The notes beneath the pieces were generated by a model. The model did not search any database, was not told the DNA's origin, and saw only the letters and a program-made list of their open reading frames with translations. 52,423 nucleotides of DNA from a virus (lineage: Duplodnaviria; Caudoviricetes), in the IMG/VR virus record IMGVR_UViG_3300020045_010931, positions 1 to 52,423 of that record. The stretch is one strand, 5' to 3'. The position numbers and the translations under genes were made by a program. Of this stretch, positions 26,733-35,919 are shown in pieces. Position 1 is the stretch's first letter; each line of letters begins with the position of its first letter.

Positions 26733-27027
26733 TTGGTTGATACATTTGGGTTAGGTACTTATCCGGTCCCTGGCGGGTGTACTTTTTGGTACCAACGATA
26801 TTAAACTTTCCGGATACCGGGTAATAATCCAGGGCCGTAAATCCCGGTTTCATTATCCTAAATTGATAATCGGTTATCCGGTGTACTTTCAACTCCAGGC
26901 GGTTTGCAACCTCCTCTAATTTTTCCATGTTTTCGGCCGCCCTTTCCTGGCGTTGCTCTTTTAAAACGGCACGCATAGCCCGCCAAAATTCGCCCATTTC
27001 GTTAGGCTCGTCTACTTTCTTACTCAT
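26722..27027 (-). CDS. Conserved phage hypothetical protein
   Basis: MGEFWRAM...R..RAAEN...DYYP.SGK pattern. Confidence 0.65.
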   Translation of the reverse strand: MSKKVDEPNEMGEFWRAMRAVLKEQRQERAAENMEKLEEVANRLELKVHRITDYQFRIMKPGFTALDYYPVSGKFNIVGTKKYTRQGPDKYLTQMYQPNGE

Positions 27028-27041
27028 TGTTTGACTGAATA

Positions 27042-27065
27042 AGGCCCGGACGCAATGCCGGGCCT
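27042..27065 (-). terminator. Stem-loop (weak terminator or processing site)
   Basis: AGGCCCGG/CCGGGCCT stem; poor U-tract. Confidence 0.45.
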
Positions 27066-27083
27066 GGTAAGTGGATAAATTAA

Positions 27084-27947
27084 TTACTCTGGTAACCCGT
27101 CGCCAACGTCTTTAGGGTCTATAAACGTTTCGTTTCTGGGTATCTGGTCAACCGGTGGCTGTTCGCTATCCGCTGGCGCTTCGCTTTCGGCCTGGGCCTC
27201 GTTGTCAACGGTGGCGGCCGGCGCTGGCTCCTCGCTACCTGGCGCAACCGGTTCCGGGTTGTTAGCCTGGTTTGTTATGGCCTCTTTACGTTTACGGTGG
27301 CTTTCGGCCATACCCTGCACTTTGGCGTTAAGGTCGGTAACTTCGGCCTCGGTTTTTTCGGCCGCTTTTATTTTCGCCGCTTTGGCCGCTTTAGCCGCCG
27401 CCTTTTTTTTCTCTTTGGCGTCGGTCGGTATCGGCTCCTCTTTATCCTCCTTAACCTCTTCAAAATGGACGTCCTGGGTATCCGCTTCGTTAGCGGAGGC
27501 GGTTGCCTGGTCAGAGGCGGCCGGCTTATCGTCGCCAATAAACATACGGGTCTGTTTTTCGTCCTGGCTCAAAGCCCTGGATAACATACCTATCTCCTCC
27601 CCGTAAACATCAAAAAACCGCATTTTGCCGTTTAGTAGGTCAGGAAACAAATACAACTTTCCAGTAACTTCTCTTTTGCCGGTTGATATGGTTTTCAACG
27701 CCTCCGCTTGCAATAGCTTAACCGACTTTATACGGCCGGCGTAATCTTCTTTTAGGCTCTTTAGTTCGGCCTCGATTTTGGCCAAATTCATACCAAATTT
27801 AGCGTACGCGCTCTGCTCTTTCATCAGGTCGTCATACGTTAACGTCCTGGCAAATTCGGCCTGTTCGGTGCGTAGGCATTGCTTTGCCATCAATTTTTCC
27901 CGCTCCTCCCGGCTCATATCCGGGTACAGTCTGTTGTTGTCTGTCAT
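27084..27947 (-). CDS. Coiled-coil protein with a Lys/Ala-rich and acidic disordered tail
   Basis: Structured N-domain followed by a KKKAAAKAAKAAK histone-H1-like stretch. Confidence 0.7.
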   Translation of the reverse strand: MTDNNRLYPDMSREEREKLMAKQCLRTEQAEFARTLTYDDLMKEQSAYAKFGMNLAKIEAELKSLKEDYAGRIKSVKLLQAEALKTISTGKREVTGKLYLFPDLLNGKMRFFDVYGEEIGMLSRALSQDEKQTRMFIGDDKPAASDQATASANEADTQDVHFEEVKEDKEEPIPTDAKEKKKAAAKAAKAAKIKAAEKTEAEVTDLNAKVQGMAESHRKRKEAITNQANNPEPVAPGSEEPAPAATVDNEAQAESEAPADSEQPPVDQIPRNETFIDPKDVGDGLPE

Positions 27948-27958
27948 GGTTTAAATGA

Positions 27959-28282
27959 TTATTTTGTTTTTAAATCGTTGGGGTCCTTTGTGTACCTGGC
28001 CACGTACGCCCCTAATAGCGTGGTCATGTTGTCCTCACTTTTGGCCTTTCTAATAAGGTCCTCCAGTTTTTTCTTATGGTTAATTTCTGTTTTTACGCTC
28101 TCAATAACCGGGTAAACGCCATCTGGTAAAATCAATTTTCCGTTATCAGTTTCCAGGACGCCGGCGGCAATTAACTCCCGTCCGGTCCTGTTTACGCGCC
28201 GCCTGGTTTCGGTATATGTTACCCTCAATAAGGGCAATACGCGGGCAATCAGTTTGTCCGTATGTTCTTTGCTATACCTCAT
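27959..28282 (-). CDS. Hypothetical protein
   Basis: Translationally coupled ORF. Confidence 0.6.
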   Translation of the reverse strand: MRYSKEHTDKLIARVLPLLRVTYTETRRRVNRTGRELIAAGVLETDNGKLILPDGVYPVIESVKTEINHKKKLEDLIRKAKSEDNMTTLLGAYVARYTKDPNDLKTK

Positions 28283-28581
28283 TAGTGACCGTCGTTTAAG
28301 TCCATAACAATTAGGTCAGCGGCAAACATTATGGATCCAGCAACGCCGCCGTCGTTGGCCCCCAGCTGGCGCAAACATTCAGCAATGCTATCCGTATCGC
28401 CGCTAACCATCCCCTGGACCCTGGCGACCGGCTGGCCGTCCCTTTCGCCTCGCTGAATATGGGCAACAATAATGGCGTCATTATCCGCGTTGCCGTCGGT
28501 TTTGTACCTGGGCAACTCGTCCAGCCAGGTTTTAAACAGCGCCTCATTTGCGGCCTGTTCGTCGGTGGTTTCCATTTTCAT
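28282..28581 (-). CDS. Hypothetical protein
   Basis: 99 aa ORF. Confidence 0.6.
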   Translation of the reverse strand: MKMETTDEQAANEALFKTWLDELPRYKTDGNADNDAIIVAHIQRGERDGQPVARVQGMVSGDTDSIAECLRQLGANDGGVAGSIMFAADLIVMDLNDGH

Positions 28582-28640
28582 AAATAAAAAGTAAAGGCCA
28601 GCCCCAGGAAAGGGACCAGCCGGTTATATAGATCAGTTAA

Positions 28641-30077
28641 TTATTGCTCAACGCCCAGGGAGTTAAATAACTCTTTCATGGCCTCAACGACCTTATCCTG
28701 GAATTTATTTAAAAGCGCGTTTGCACTATCCGTTTTTAAAATTGGTTTTTCTAACAGCTGGTAGCTATGTATATATTCCTGTATTTGTACGGTGTCAGAT
28801 AACAAGGCTTTGCGGGCTTTTTCGGCTTCCTGGCGTTTATTTTCTTCTATGGCTTTAGCTTTAATTTGCTCTCCTGCAATAAAGTCGTTAGCAAATGTTA
28901 TAGTATCGTCCCAGGCGGCCGGCGTCTCGTTATGTATATTGTTTGTGTAAACGTTCAAACGGCCGTCAGTAACTACATTTTTAAAATAATACCCAGCATC
29001 ATACGGAGCAAAGCCCAAACCCTTTAACTGGCCATTTCTAAAATTGACCCGGTTGTTAAAATCCTCCTCCTGTTGGCGGCGGGTTTTTTCTTTGGCCTGG
29101 ATACTTTCGGCCCGTTCCTTAACCATTTCCAGGTTAACGTCCCAGTCGGCTAACTCCATACCTTTTAGGTCAGCCACCGGCACCGATACGTCCCCGGAAA
29201 CTGTTTTTATTTGGTATTCAGAGGCAACCGGGTTGTATATTAACCCCAGGGCCAGTAATTGATTTTGGCGGGCTGTATGCTTTGCGTGGTCGGCCTGGCG
29301 TTGCTGTTCGGCCAGTCGGTCCTCCTGCTCCTGTAAACGTTTTTCGCGGTCCTCCTGGTCCTTTCTTTGTTGCTCCAGGCGCTGGCGCTCCTGCTCCTGC
29401 TCCTGGCGCTGGCGCTCCTCCTCTTTACGTTTGTTTTCCGCCTGTTCGTCCAGCTTTGCCTTAACATCTTTTGCGCGGTCCAGCAACTCCGCAAACTGCT
29501 CAATCGTTAAAACCTGTATAGTCTCAACGCCCACGTTAATGTCCCCCAGCACGTAATAAACCCCGTTGAAAACTAAACCGGTTGCCTCCAGCTGGTCGAT
29601 ACGCTCCTTTAACGCGGCGGCTTTGCTCTCCTCTAATTCTTTGGCCACGCGCTCCAGTTCGTTATCTATAACCGCCAGCTTATCCTCCGCCTCTTTCTCA
29701 ATTTCACGTAACGGCGTGGCCAGACCTTTTGCGGCCTCGTCTATCCCGCGACCCATTGCCAGGTAATCGGCTTTCAATTGTACCCTGGTTTTTTCAACCA
29801 ACACGGCCAGCCCTTTTACATCTTTGCGGAATTTGTCAACAACGGCGTAACCTTTTTTATCCGCAACGCCCTCTATCTCCATAGCCTTTAGTTGCTTTTT
29901 TAAAGCCGCTATTTTTTGCAATGGTAGATTGAATTTTGCAACCTCCTGCTTAATGCGTTCGGCTATCGTTGGCAACTCAATATGTGGGGTTATTGCCGTG
30001 TTGTCCACCTCGGTAGACTGGTTAATTTTGGCGCCTTTCGGGCCGCCTTTTTTCTTAGTGGTGTCTTTAATCGTCAT
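28641..30077 (-). CDS. Long coiled-coil protein (DUF1351-like N-terminus)
   Basis: EKTRVQLKA..L..GRGIDEAAK motif; EQR-rich heptads; repeated R..QL..LG units. Confidence 0.65.
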   Translation of the reverse strand: MTIKDTTKKKGGPKGAKINQSTEVDNTAITPHIELPTIAERIKQEVAKFNLPLQKIAALKKQLKAMEIEGVADKKGYAVVDKFRKDVKGLAVLVEKTRVQLKADYLAMGRGIDEAAKGLATPLREIEKEAEDKLAVIDNELERVAKELEESKAAALKERIDQLEATGLVFNGVYYVLGDINVGVETIQVLTIEQFAELLDRAKDVKAKLDEQAENKRKEEERQRQEQEQERQRLEQQRKDQEDREKRLQEQEDRLAEQQRQADHAKHTARQNQLLALGLIYNPVASEYQIKTVSGDVSVPVADLKGMELADWDVNLEMVKERAESIQAKEKTRRQQEEDFNNRVNFRNGQLKGLGFAPYDAGYYFKNVVTDGRLNVYTNNIHNETPAAWDDTITFANDFIAGEQIKAKAIEENKRQEAEKARKALLSDTVQIQEYIHSYQLLEKPILKTDSANALLNKFQDKVVEAMKELFNSLGVEQ

Positions 30078-30101
30078 GGCGAAAATTGCTTTTTGTTTGT
30101 G

Positions 30102-30131
30102 CAAATATATTTATATTAAACTTATATCAAA
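30102..30131 (-). promoter_or_regulatory. Bacteroidota consensus promoter
   Basis: TTTG-N18-TATATTTG. Confidence 0.7.
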
Positions 30132-30137
30132 CTTATT

Positions 30138-30575
30138 TTAAACTTTTTTACGTCTATTATAAAATTTGGTGGTTTTCTTTGTGGCTGGTGTATCCAGATT
30201 AGGCTCTACAATATCAACGTTATAGCAAACTTTCATAAGCCTTTTTTTGATTAGGTACTCCTCGGTAACGAAACCCTTAACGTCCTCAACGATAAAAGCG
30301 CCCTCGGACGTCTTATAAAAAAAGTCGCAACGGTATTTTGTAATCTCAATACCGTTAATGGTAATTACAAAAACCTTTTGCCTGGTAACGCGCCCTATTT
30401 CTCCGATATTCATTTTATGCTCCAGGACCATAAAGCGGTCGCGCTCTGCTTTGCTCTGGAATTTTTGGCCGTTATACTCAACCCAGGCGTTATTATATTT
30501 CCCTCGTTTGATAGCCTGGGCGGCCATATACTCCAGGTACTCCTCCCCTGTCATTAGATCCGTTCTTTTTTTCAT
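30138..30575 (-). CDS. DUF1064-family PD-(D/E)XK nuclease
   Basis: KYNN...FQSKAE..R...YRCDFFY...IVEDVKG...Y.IKK.L. Confidence 0.85.
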   Translation of the reverse strand: MKKRTDLMTGEEYLEYMAAQAIKRGKYNNAWVEYNGQKFQSKAERDRFMVLEHKMNIGEIGRVTRQKVFVITINGIEITKYRCDFFYKTSEGAFIVEDVKGFVTEEYLIKKRLMKVCYNVDIVEPNLDTPATKKTTKFYNRRKKV

Positions 30576-31285
30576 TGCTTTGGCTTAGTGGGCATTTTGC
30601 TAACCCGGTCCTTAAAATCTTTAATAGCGCCGCCCACATCAACGGTACGCCGGCTAATGTCGGCCCGGTCGGCCTCCAGGTATGGGGAAAGGTTATCTTT
30701 TGCCTCCTGCTTATTCATTTGCTCCGCGGCCAGGTGGCTAACCCTCAACGCGTCGTACTCTGCCAGCATTTTAAAAACGGTATCCTGGTCCATCCGGTCC
30801 AGCACGCGGCCGAACGTTGATTTTTTTGCCAGCAAAAAGAAACTAACAAAATCCTCCAGCTTGTACGCCCACCAGTCCGTTAATAAGTCGATAGCCAAAT
30901 CAACTACCTGGTCGTCAGTAAGCGGGCGTATAAGGTTAAACCCGGTTTGAAAATCATTTATCAGCAACGACAAAACCCCGACGGTCTCTTTTGTGCCGTC
31001 GCTCCCTGGGATTGCTGGGGTTCCGTCTTTCGCCGGTACCGGGGGATTTGCGAAGTGTTTTTTTATTAAACTCAACTGGGTACCGCTCTGCATTATAGCC
31101 GGGAAATTAGGACGGCCGCCGTAAATTAATCCGCCGGCCATTTCTCTAAATTCAATTTTCACCAGGGGGTCCTTACTACTTAAAGCGCTGATTAATTTTG
31201 TCGATAACTCCCTGGTCTGTAGCTGGTGCGTTTCTACCGCCGTTGTTTTTTTGCTCTCTAATTTTTCGTTTTGCATGGTCCTCAA
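30572..31285 (-). CDS. Replication-module protein (helicase-loader position)
   Basis: Directly downstream of the initiator; assignment by position. Confidence 0.5.
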   Translation of the reverse strand: MRTMQNEKLESKKTTAVETHQLQTRELSTKLISALSSKDPLVKIEFREMAGGLIYGGRPNFPAIMQSGTQLSLIKKHFANPPVPAKDGTPAIPGSDGTKETVGVLSLLINDFQTGFNLIRPLTDDQVVDLAIDLLTDWWAYKLEDFVSFFLLAKKSTFGRVLDRMDQDTVFKMLAEYDALRVSHLAAEQMNKQEAKDNLSPYLEADRADISRRTVDVGGAIKDFKDRVSKMPTKPKQ

Positions 31286-32138
31286 TAATTTTAGTGTAAA
31301 TGCTGTTAAACTGGGTATCCAGGTTAGTAAGGGTAAAATTTGCCTGTAGCCATTTGTCGCCAGTTACGTACGCTTCGTGGAAAAAATACTTTACTGCTCC
31401 GTGTATCTCCTCCTCCGTAAATTTCTCCCTGGGCTTTAATTTCTCCCTAACCTTAAACATCACTTTCGTAATGATAGATTTTAACTTTTTGCCATCGACC
31501 GCCATAAAATAGTATTCCCCGGATTTTACCTGCTCCAGGTACAACTCCAAAAAATATTTTTTTGCAAAATTGTAAATACTGGTTTCGGACCCGGTTAGTA
31601 AATTATCGACCGGCGCGAATAGCGGCGGCGCTTGTTTGTCGGTTTTTGGTTTTTTAGTTCTGGGTTTACTTGTTTGCTGTTTATTATTGGTTGGTGTGGC
31701 GTCAGGTGTAGCCGGCGGTATGGCGTCTGTGGTTGCGTCAGGTATGCCAGCCGGTAAAGCGTCCTGGGTGGCGTCGGGTTTTATCGGACGGCTCAATACA
31801 TTGTCCAGGCAACCGGCGGCGGATAATTTGCAATCGTAAAGACTAATAAACCGGGCCACGTAAATATTTACGCTCTCCTGGATAATGCGGATAGCGCCCC
31901 AGGCGGCCAGGTCCTTTACGGCCTTTAAAAAAGTCTCTTTATCCTTAACCCCTATGGCTTGCATACCCTCGTCAGTAGGTAGCTGAAATTCGCGTATCCA
32001 GCCGGTCCTATTGTTTTTCTCCACACACCACAAATACAAAACCCCGTGTACTGGCTTAACCAGGCGCGGGTTTTCAAATGCGAAATCAAACCAGGCGCGG
32101 GTCAGAGCGTACCCGCTTATCAGTTGTGTGTCGTTCAA
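31176..32138 (-). CDS. Replication initiator protein (lambda O-like organisation)
   Basis: N-terminal winged HTH (LYLWCVEKNNRTGW), central iteron-encoded PDAT repeats, C-terminal helical domain. Confidence 0.75.
   Translation of the reverse strand: MNDTQLISGYALTRAWFDFAFENPRLVKPVHGVLYLWCVEKNNRTGWIREFQLPTDEGMQAIGVKDKETFLKAVKDLAAWGAIRIIQESVNIYVARFISLYDCKLSAAGCLDNVLSRPIKPDATQDALPAGIPDATTDAIPPATPDATPTNNKQQTSKPRTKKPKTDKQAPPLFAPVDNLLTGSETSIYNFAKKYFLELYLEQVKSGEYYFMAVDGKKLKSIITKVMFKVREKLKPREKFTEEEIHGAVKYFFHEAYVTGDKWLQANFTLTNLDTQFNSIYTKIIEDHAKRKIREQKNNGGRNAPATDQGVIDKINQRFK
31640..31775 (-). repeat. Replication origin: 7 x 12-bp iterons plus an A/T-skewed tract
   Basis: 31692-31775 has consensus GACGCCAYACCN on the minus strand, followed by an A-rich tract. 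Confidence 0.7.
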
Positions 32139-32145
32139 GATGTTG

Positions 32146-33156
32146 TTATTTAACTCGGTTTATAAATCGGCGTACGCCGTTAACGTCGGGGTGTAGGCTA
32201 ACAAAACCATCCTTTCCAAAATCCAGCCGCTCACTTTCGCCCAGGGCTTTACGGATTTTGTTTTCTGATAGCCTTTTTTGCTCCTCTAACTGCTTTATTT
32301 GAGCGGCGGCGGCCTGGTGGTCCCTGGCCCAGTTATATTGCGCTGGCGTCCCCTTTTTGCCCGTTGGCCTGGTTGTCTTATACTTCTCTTTCATAAATGA
32401 GGTATAAGCGTCGGACCCGTCCGGTTGTGGCTCCAGTTCGGCCAGTTCGGCCGTTAGTTCGTCCACATCTTTATAATTAAAATTGCTCTTTGCCTGGAAA
32501 CGTTTGATAAGTATCTCCTTACCACGCTCTACCTTTTGCCAAAATTCGTGCGTATGCTCAACGATGCCGTCAAACAGTTCCGGATTAAAAGGAAATGGCG
32601 TTACCTCAAAACGGCGGCCGTCTCGCAAAACAGCCAATTCTCCATAATCAAATCCACAAACCCCCATCTGGGTCTGTACCTGTATCAAGTGCTTTGGAGG
32701 TATCCCGCTTTCCCACTTATCCTGCTCATGCCCGGACAATGTTTTAATCTCCAGGGCGCCCTCCTCTTTGTCGTCGTGCTTATTAATGATACGGTCCAGG
32801 GAAACGAACAGCCAGGGATATTTTGGGTTTAAAACGTACGCATTCATACGCCGGCATTTTCGTATAATTTGGCCCTGGCGCTTATTTACAATCATACTCT
32901 CCTCACTTCCGCCCCAGTACTGCCATAGATCAGCAACAAACGCCTCCTGCTCCTTACCCATAAACATGTGTATGTTTTCGACGTTATACCCTATATCGTC
33001 CCCGATTTTTTCGTAAAACAACTGAATGCTGGCTTTATACTGGTCCAGCCCCAGGATACAACCGACGTCAGAGGCACCGACGCCGCCCTTTCGATACTGG
33101 AGCCAGGCCATAAGGTCCATTTGCTTAGTATCTACAAATATTAAATCGCTCCTCAT
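32146..33156 (-). CDS. YqaJ-like viral recombinase/exonuclease
   Basis: WLQYRKGGVGASD, SLDR, LEIKT and QVQTQM motifs. Confidence 0.9.
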   Translation of the reverse strand: MRSDLIFVDTKQMDLMAWLQYRKGGVGASDVGCILGLDQYKASIQLFYEKIGDDIGYNVENIHMFMGKEQEAFVADLWQYWGGSEESMIVNKRQGQIIRKCRRMNAYVLNPKYPWLFVSLDRIINKHDDKEEGALEIKTLSGHEQDKWESGIPPKHLIQVQTQMGVCGFDYGELAVLRDGRRFEVTPFPFNPELFDGIVEHTHEFWQKVERGKEILIKRFQAKSNFNYKDVDELTAELAELEPQPDGSDAYTSFMKEKYKTTRPTGKKGTPAQYNWARDHQAAAAQIKQLEEQKRLSENKIRKALGESERLDFGKDGFVSLHPDVNGVRRFINRVK

Positions 33157-34013
33157 TTTTTAACCGGTGGTTTTTTAATACCCTTTTTGTCAAGTACTTT
33201 GTGTAACTCCTCCAGGGCTTTGTTTGACTTATTGATAGCGGCTTTTTTGTGACCCGGCTTAATTTTGAAAATGTCCTTTAGGACGCCCTCTTGGTTTTCG
33301 ACCGTTGCCCGGTACGCGTTCAATACCGCCAGCTTATCCAGATCTATATCCTCAATCCTGGCCACCTCCATTAATTCGCAAATCTGGGCGGCCTTTACGC
33401 CCTGGTCCATAAAGTAATTAACCGTCGCGTCCCGGCGCTCTGGCAACGTCTCAATCGTCCCCTTTGCCACCTTTCGCACGTCGGCCATAATGTCCATAAT
33501 AATTGCGCTGGGGATAACCTTAAAAATGGCGTTGCGGATTGCTATAGCGTTTGCGGCCAGGCCGGCCAGTAATATACCCTCGTCGTTAAAGCGCTGGCCG
33601 CGTTCGTCGATTATTAGGCGCTTTACCTCAAAGTTGCCGCTGGTGTTATTTTCCAGGTCATGGCACGACCCCTGGGCGGTTATTACCCGGCCGTCGTTGT
33701 CAACTATTCTGGAGCCATAACGGAGGTTACCGTATGTACTGGCCACAATCTCCGCTAACCGGACCGACGGCCCCAGGTGGGTAACCTCTCCCTTTTTTAA
33801 AGCGTATTCGCACGACGCGGCAACGCCCACGCTAAAGGTTGCCAGGCTTAATGCCCGGTCCCGAAATTTGGTTAAACTACGCGGGTGGCTTTCGGCCCAG
33901 GATAATTGCGTTTCCATTTCCGCCCTGGTAATGAGGCTAACCGTGGCCTCTCTGGGTTCTATTTCCCGTACCTCCAGGTCCTGGTCTGTACGGTGTATGT
34001 TATCGTTTTCCAT
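33153..34013 (-). CDS. Putative single-strand annealing protein
   Basis: HPRS...GPSVRLAE..A..YGNL family; coupled to the YqaJ gene. Confidence 0.6.
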   Translation of the reverse strand: MENDNIHRTDQDLEVREIEPREATVSLITRAEMETQLSWAESHPRSLTKFRDRALSLATFSVGVAASCEYALKKGEVTHLGPSVRLAEIVASTYGNLRYGSRIVDNDGRVITAQGSCHDLENNTSGNFEVKRLIIDERGQRFNDEGILLAGLAANAIAIRNAIFKVIPSAIIMDIMADVRKVAKGTIETLPERRDATVNYFMDQGVKAAQICELMEVARIEDIDLDKLAVLNAYRATVENQEGVLKDIFKIKPGHKKAAINKSNKALEELHKVLDKKGIKKPPVKK

Positions 34014-34297
34014 TAGGCGGCGGGGGCGTTTGCTGTTTGGTCCATCAAACTATTTAATTTATCCCCCTCGACCCTTTCGCCCTCCAGTCTATCACTAAAA
34101 AATTTGCTGATAGCATCCGACAATCCCGCTGTTTTAACGTATCCGTGTTTTAACGCCCGGTCAATAACCGGCCTGGAAAAACCCAGCGCTTTGCTTAATG
34201 TATCCCCATCCCCACGGCGTCTAAAACGTTGCCAGGCTTTATGTAAGTTGCTGTCAATAGTGCGCTCGTAAACTGTTTTTTCTTTGTCCTCGTCCAT
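34013..34297 (-). CDS. Cro-like HTH regulator
   Basis: GDGDTLSKALGFSRPVIDRAL HTH; first gene of the replication operon. Confidence 0.6.
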   Translation of the reverse strand: MDEDKEKTVYERTIDSNLHKAWQRFRRRGDGDTLSKALGFSRPVIDRALKHGYVKTAGLSDAISKFFSDRLEGERVEGDKLNSLMDQTANAPAA

Positions 34298-34318
34298 ATA
34301 TTTAAAAGATTATTTCTG

Positions 34319-34383
34319 CAATGATAGAAAAAACTTTAAACATATATCCAACACAAATTAAAAATATATCAAATGTATATACA
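34319..34383 (-). promoter_or_regulatory. Promoter region of the replication operon
   Basis: TATCATTG at 34319-34326 and TACATTTG at 34370-34377; ATATATCMAA repeats. Confidence 0.5.
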
Positions 34384-34386
34384 ACA

Positions 34387-34413
34387 AAAAAGGCCCAGCG
34401 ATAACGCCAGGCC
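34387..34413 (-). terminator. Probable terminator
   Basis: GGCC...GGCC imperfect stem followed by a U-tract. Confidence 0.45.
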
Positions 34414-34454
34414 CCAGTATGATACCGTATTAAACTTTATACTAAGGTAGTTAT

Positions 34455-35351
34455 TTATTGGAAAGGTTCGCAACTTTCTGCGCAACTCTCCTGCTCGTCA
34501 AGGTCGAAATCATAATCTGCATTATCAGTTTTTAAAGACTGGTCAACCGCAATTTTAAAATCCTCTTTAGCCTCCTCCAGTAAATCCTCTATCGTTTCCC
34601 CCTCTCTAAAAAACCGTACAGGCGTCTTATCATGTTGCATCTTTTTGGGCTTTACCTGGGCGTAATCTGTCTGCATCCTGGCAACCCAGGCAATATCCTC
34701 CTCGGTAACTGACTTTGTCTTAATCTGGGTTAATAATTTTCTTTTGCTTTTTTTATAGCATAATTTACAATTACCGTCATAATCCGGTAACTGCAAATCG
34801 AAAATTTGACGTTTCCAGAAAACAGCAACATCTGGTTTTTTAATTTGCCAGTCATAAAGAGGGTACCATTGGTTTTTATCTTTTTGAGTTTCCGGGTTGC
34901 CTACGCGGGCTTTTTCGTCGTAACGATAACCTATTACCGTGGTATATTTTTTATGATGCCCCCATCCTATTGATTTGGCGTAACTACGTATCGGATTTGT
35001 TTTTAGTTCGCGTGTACAATGTTTAAATTTCTTGTTTGGTATGCCGTACTTTTTAATTACCTCCTCAAAAACGGATCCGTCTCTGGCCGCTGTTTGATAG
35101 TTAACTACTTTGTGCGTTGATGATTTACGGCGGCCGTGGTGTACAACGGCCTCAACCCAGACAATAGGGAAACCAAAATATTGCTCCAGCTGGTGTACAA
35201 ATAATAATGTCTCCTCTTTTTCCCTGCTGGTGTTAGCGAAAATAAATAGAAATTCGTAAGCGTCTTTATACCTGGTCCATAGCATAAAAGCCATAAGGGC
35301 GGACGTACGCCCACCCGAAACCGAAACCAGTAATCTCTGTTTTTTTACCAT
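34455..35351 (-). CDS. PAPS reductase/DndC-like PP-loop protein with Cys clusters
   Basis: SVSGGRTS PP-loop, CTRELK, GYRYDE..R, YPL.DW, NCKLCYKK, C-terminal SCAESC. Confidence 0.85.
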   Translation of the reverse strand: MVKKQRLLVSVSGGRTSALMAFMLWTRYKDAYEFLFIFANTSREKEETLLFVHQLEQYFGFPIVWVEAVVHHGRRKSSTHKVVNYQTAARDGSVFEEVIKKYGIPNKKFKHCTRELKTNPIRSYAKSIGWGHHKKYTTVIGYRYDEKARVGNPETQKDKNQWYPLYDWQIKKPDVAVFWKRQIFDLQLPDYDGNCKLCYKKSKRKLLTQIKTKSVTEEDIAWVARMQTDYAQVKPKKMQHDKTPVRFFREGETIEDLLEEAKEDFKIAVDQSLKTDNADYDFDLDEQESCAESCEPFQ

Positions 35352-35352
35352 A

Positions 35353-35541
35353 TTATTTGCGTAATGATTTTTCAATTTCGCCGGCCTCTATTGTCTCTGT
35401 TATTGAGGTAACGGTATGAAATCCAAATGAAGTAATTTTAAATAGCGTGCCAGCTGGACCCCTATAATATTTATCGCTTATTTTGGTCATTTTGTTGATG
35501 TTGGCCAACTGCTCCAGCAATGTTTTAATTTCAGTTTTCAT
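35353..35541 (-). CDS. Hypothetical protein
   Basis: Small ORF in the operon. Confidence 0.5.
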   Translation of the reverse strand: MKTEIKTLLEQLANINKMTKISDKYYRGPAGTLFKITSFGFHTVTSITETIEAGEIEKSLRK

Positions 35542-35542
35542 A

Positions 35543-35749
35543 TTAATAAGCAAAATCTAACCTTAATTTTTGACTGGGTAAAAGTGGACCTATAAAATTA
35601 TGTGTTAAAAATCCCCGGATTAAAAGACCATCAACTTGATCATATTCTTTATACCCTATATGGACGTTTGCCAGTTGCCACGCCCCTGTTAATCCATCGG
35701 CATTAACTGTAAAATCGGTGCCTTTAAAAGTGAAATAATACGTTTTCAT
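35543..35749 (-). CDS. Hypothetical protein
   Basis: Likely start MKTYYF after the promoter. Confidence 0.55.
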   Translation of the reverse strand: MKTYYFTFKGTDFTVNADGLTGAWQLANVHIGYKEYDQVDGLLIRGFLTHNFIGPLLPSQKLRLDFAY

Positions 35750-35774
35750 GATTTTGATTAATTGTTTGACCTGA

Positions 35775-35807
35775 CAAATATATCTGCTTTTTTTTGTCAT
35801 TTGCAAA
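35775..35807 (-). promoter_or_regulatory. Bacteroidota consensus promoter (cassette type)
   Basis: TTTG-N21-TATATTTG; shares 23 bp with 14062-14084. Confidence 0.75.
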
Positions 35808-35818
35808 TTATTTGAAAT

Positions 35819-35849
35819 AAAAAAACCCAGGGCGCTTATTTCCCTGGGT
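35819..35849 (-). terminator. Intrinsic terminator after the lysis cassette
   Basis: ACCCAGGG/CCCTGGGT stem followed by a U-tract. Confidence 0.8.
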
Positions 35850-35905
35850 CCGTCAAACAAAAAGTAACCATTTCGCACCAGTCCGCTAACAGGTAAGAAT
35901 GAGTA
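35819..35905 (-). ncRNA. Candidate small RNA (~85 nt)
   Basis: TTG-N21-TACTTTTG promoter (35909-35940) fires into a terminator with only an 11-codon ORF between them. Confidence 0.4.
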
Positions 35906-35919
35906 CGACAAAAGTACTA

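Noticed and set aside
35750-35911. 5' extension of ORF 35543..35911 in the ORF track
   Set aside because: It runs through a terminator and a promoter; the ATG at 35749 is the more plausible start
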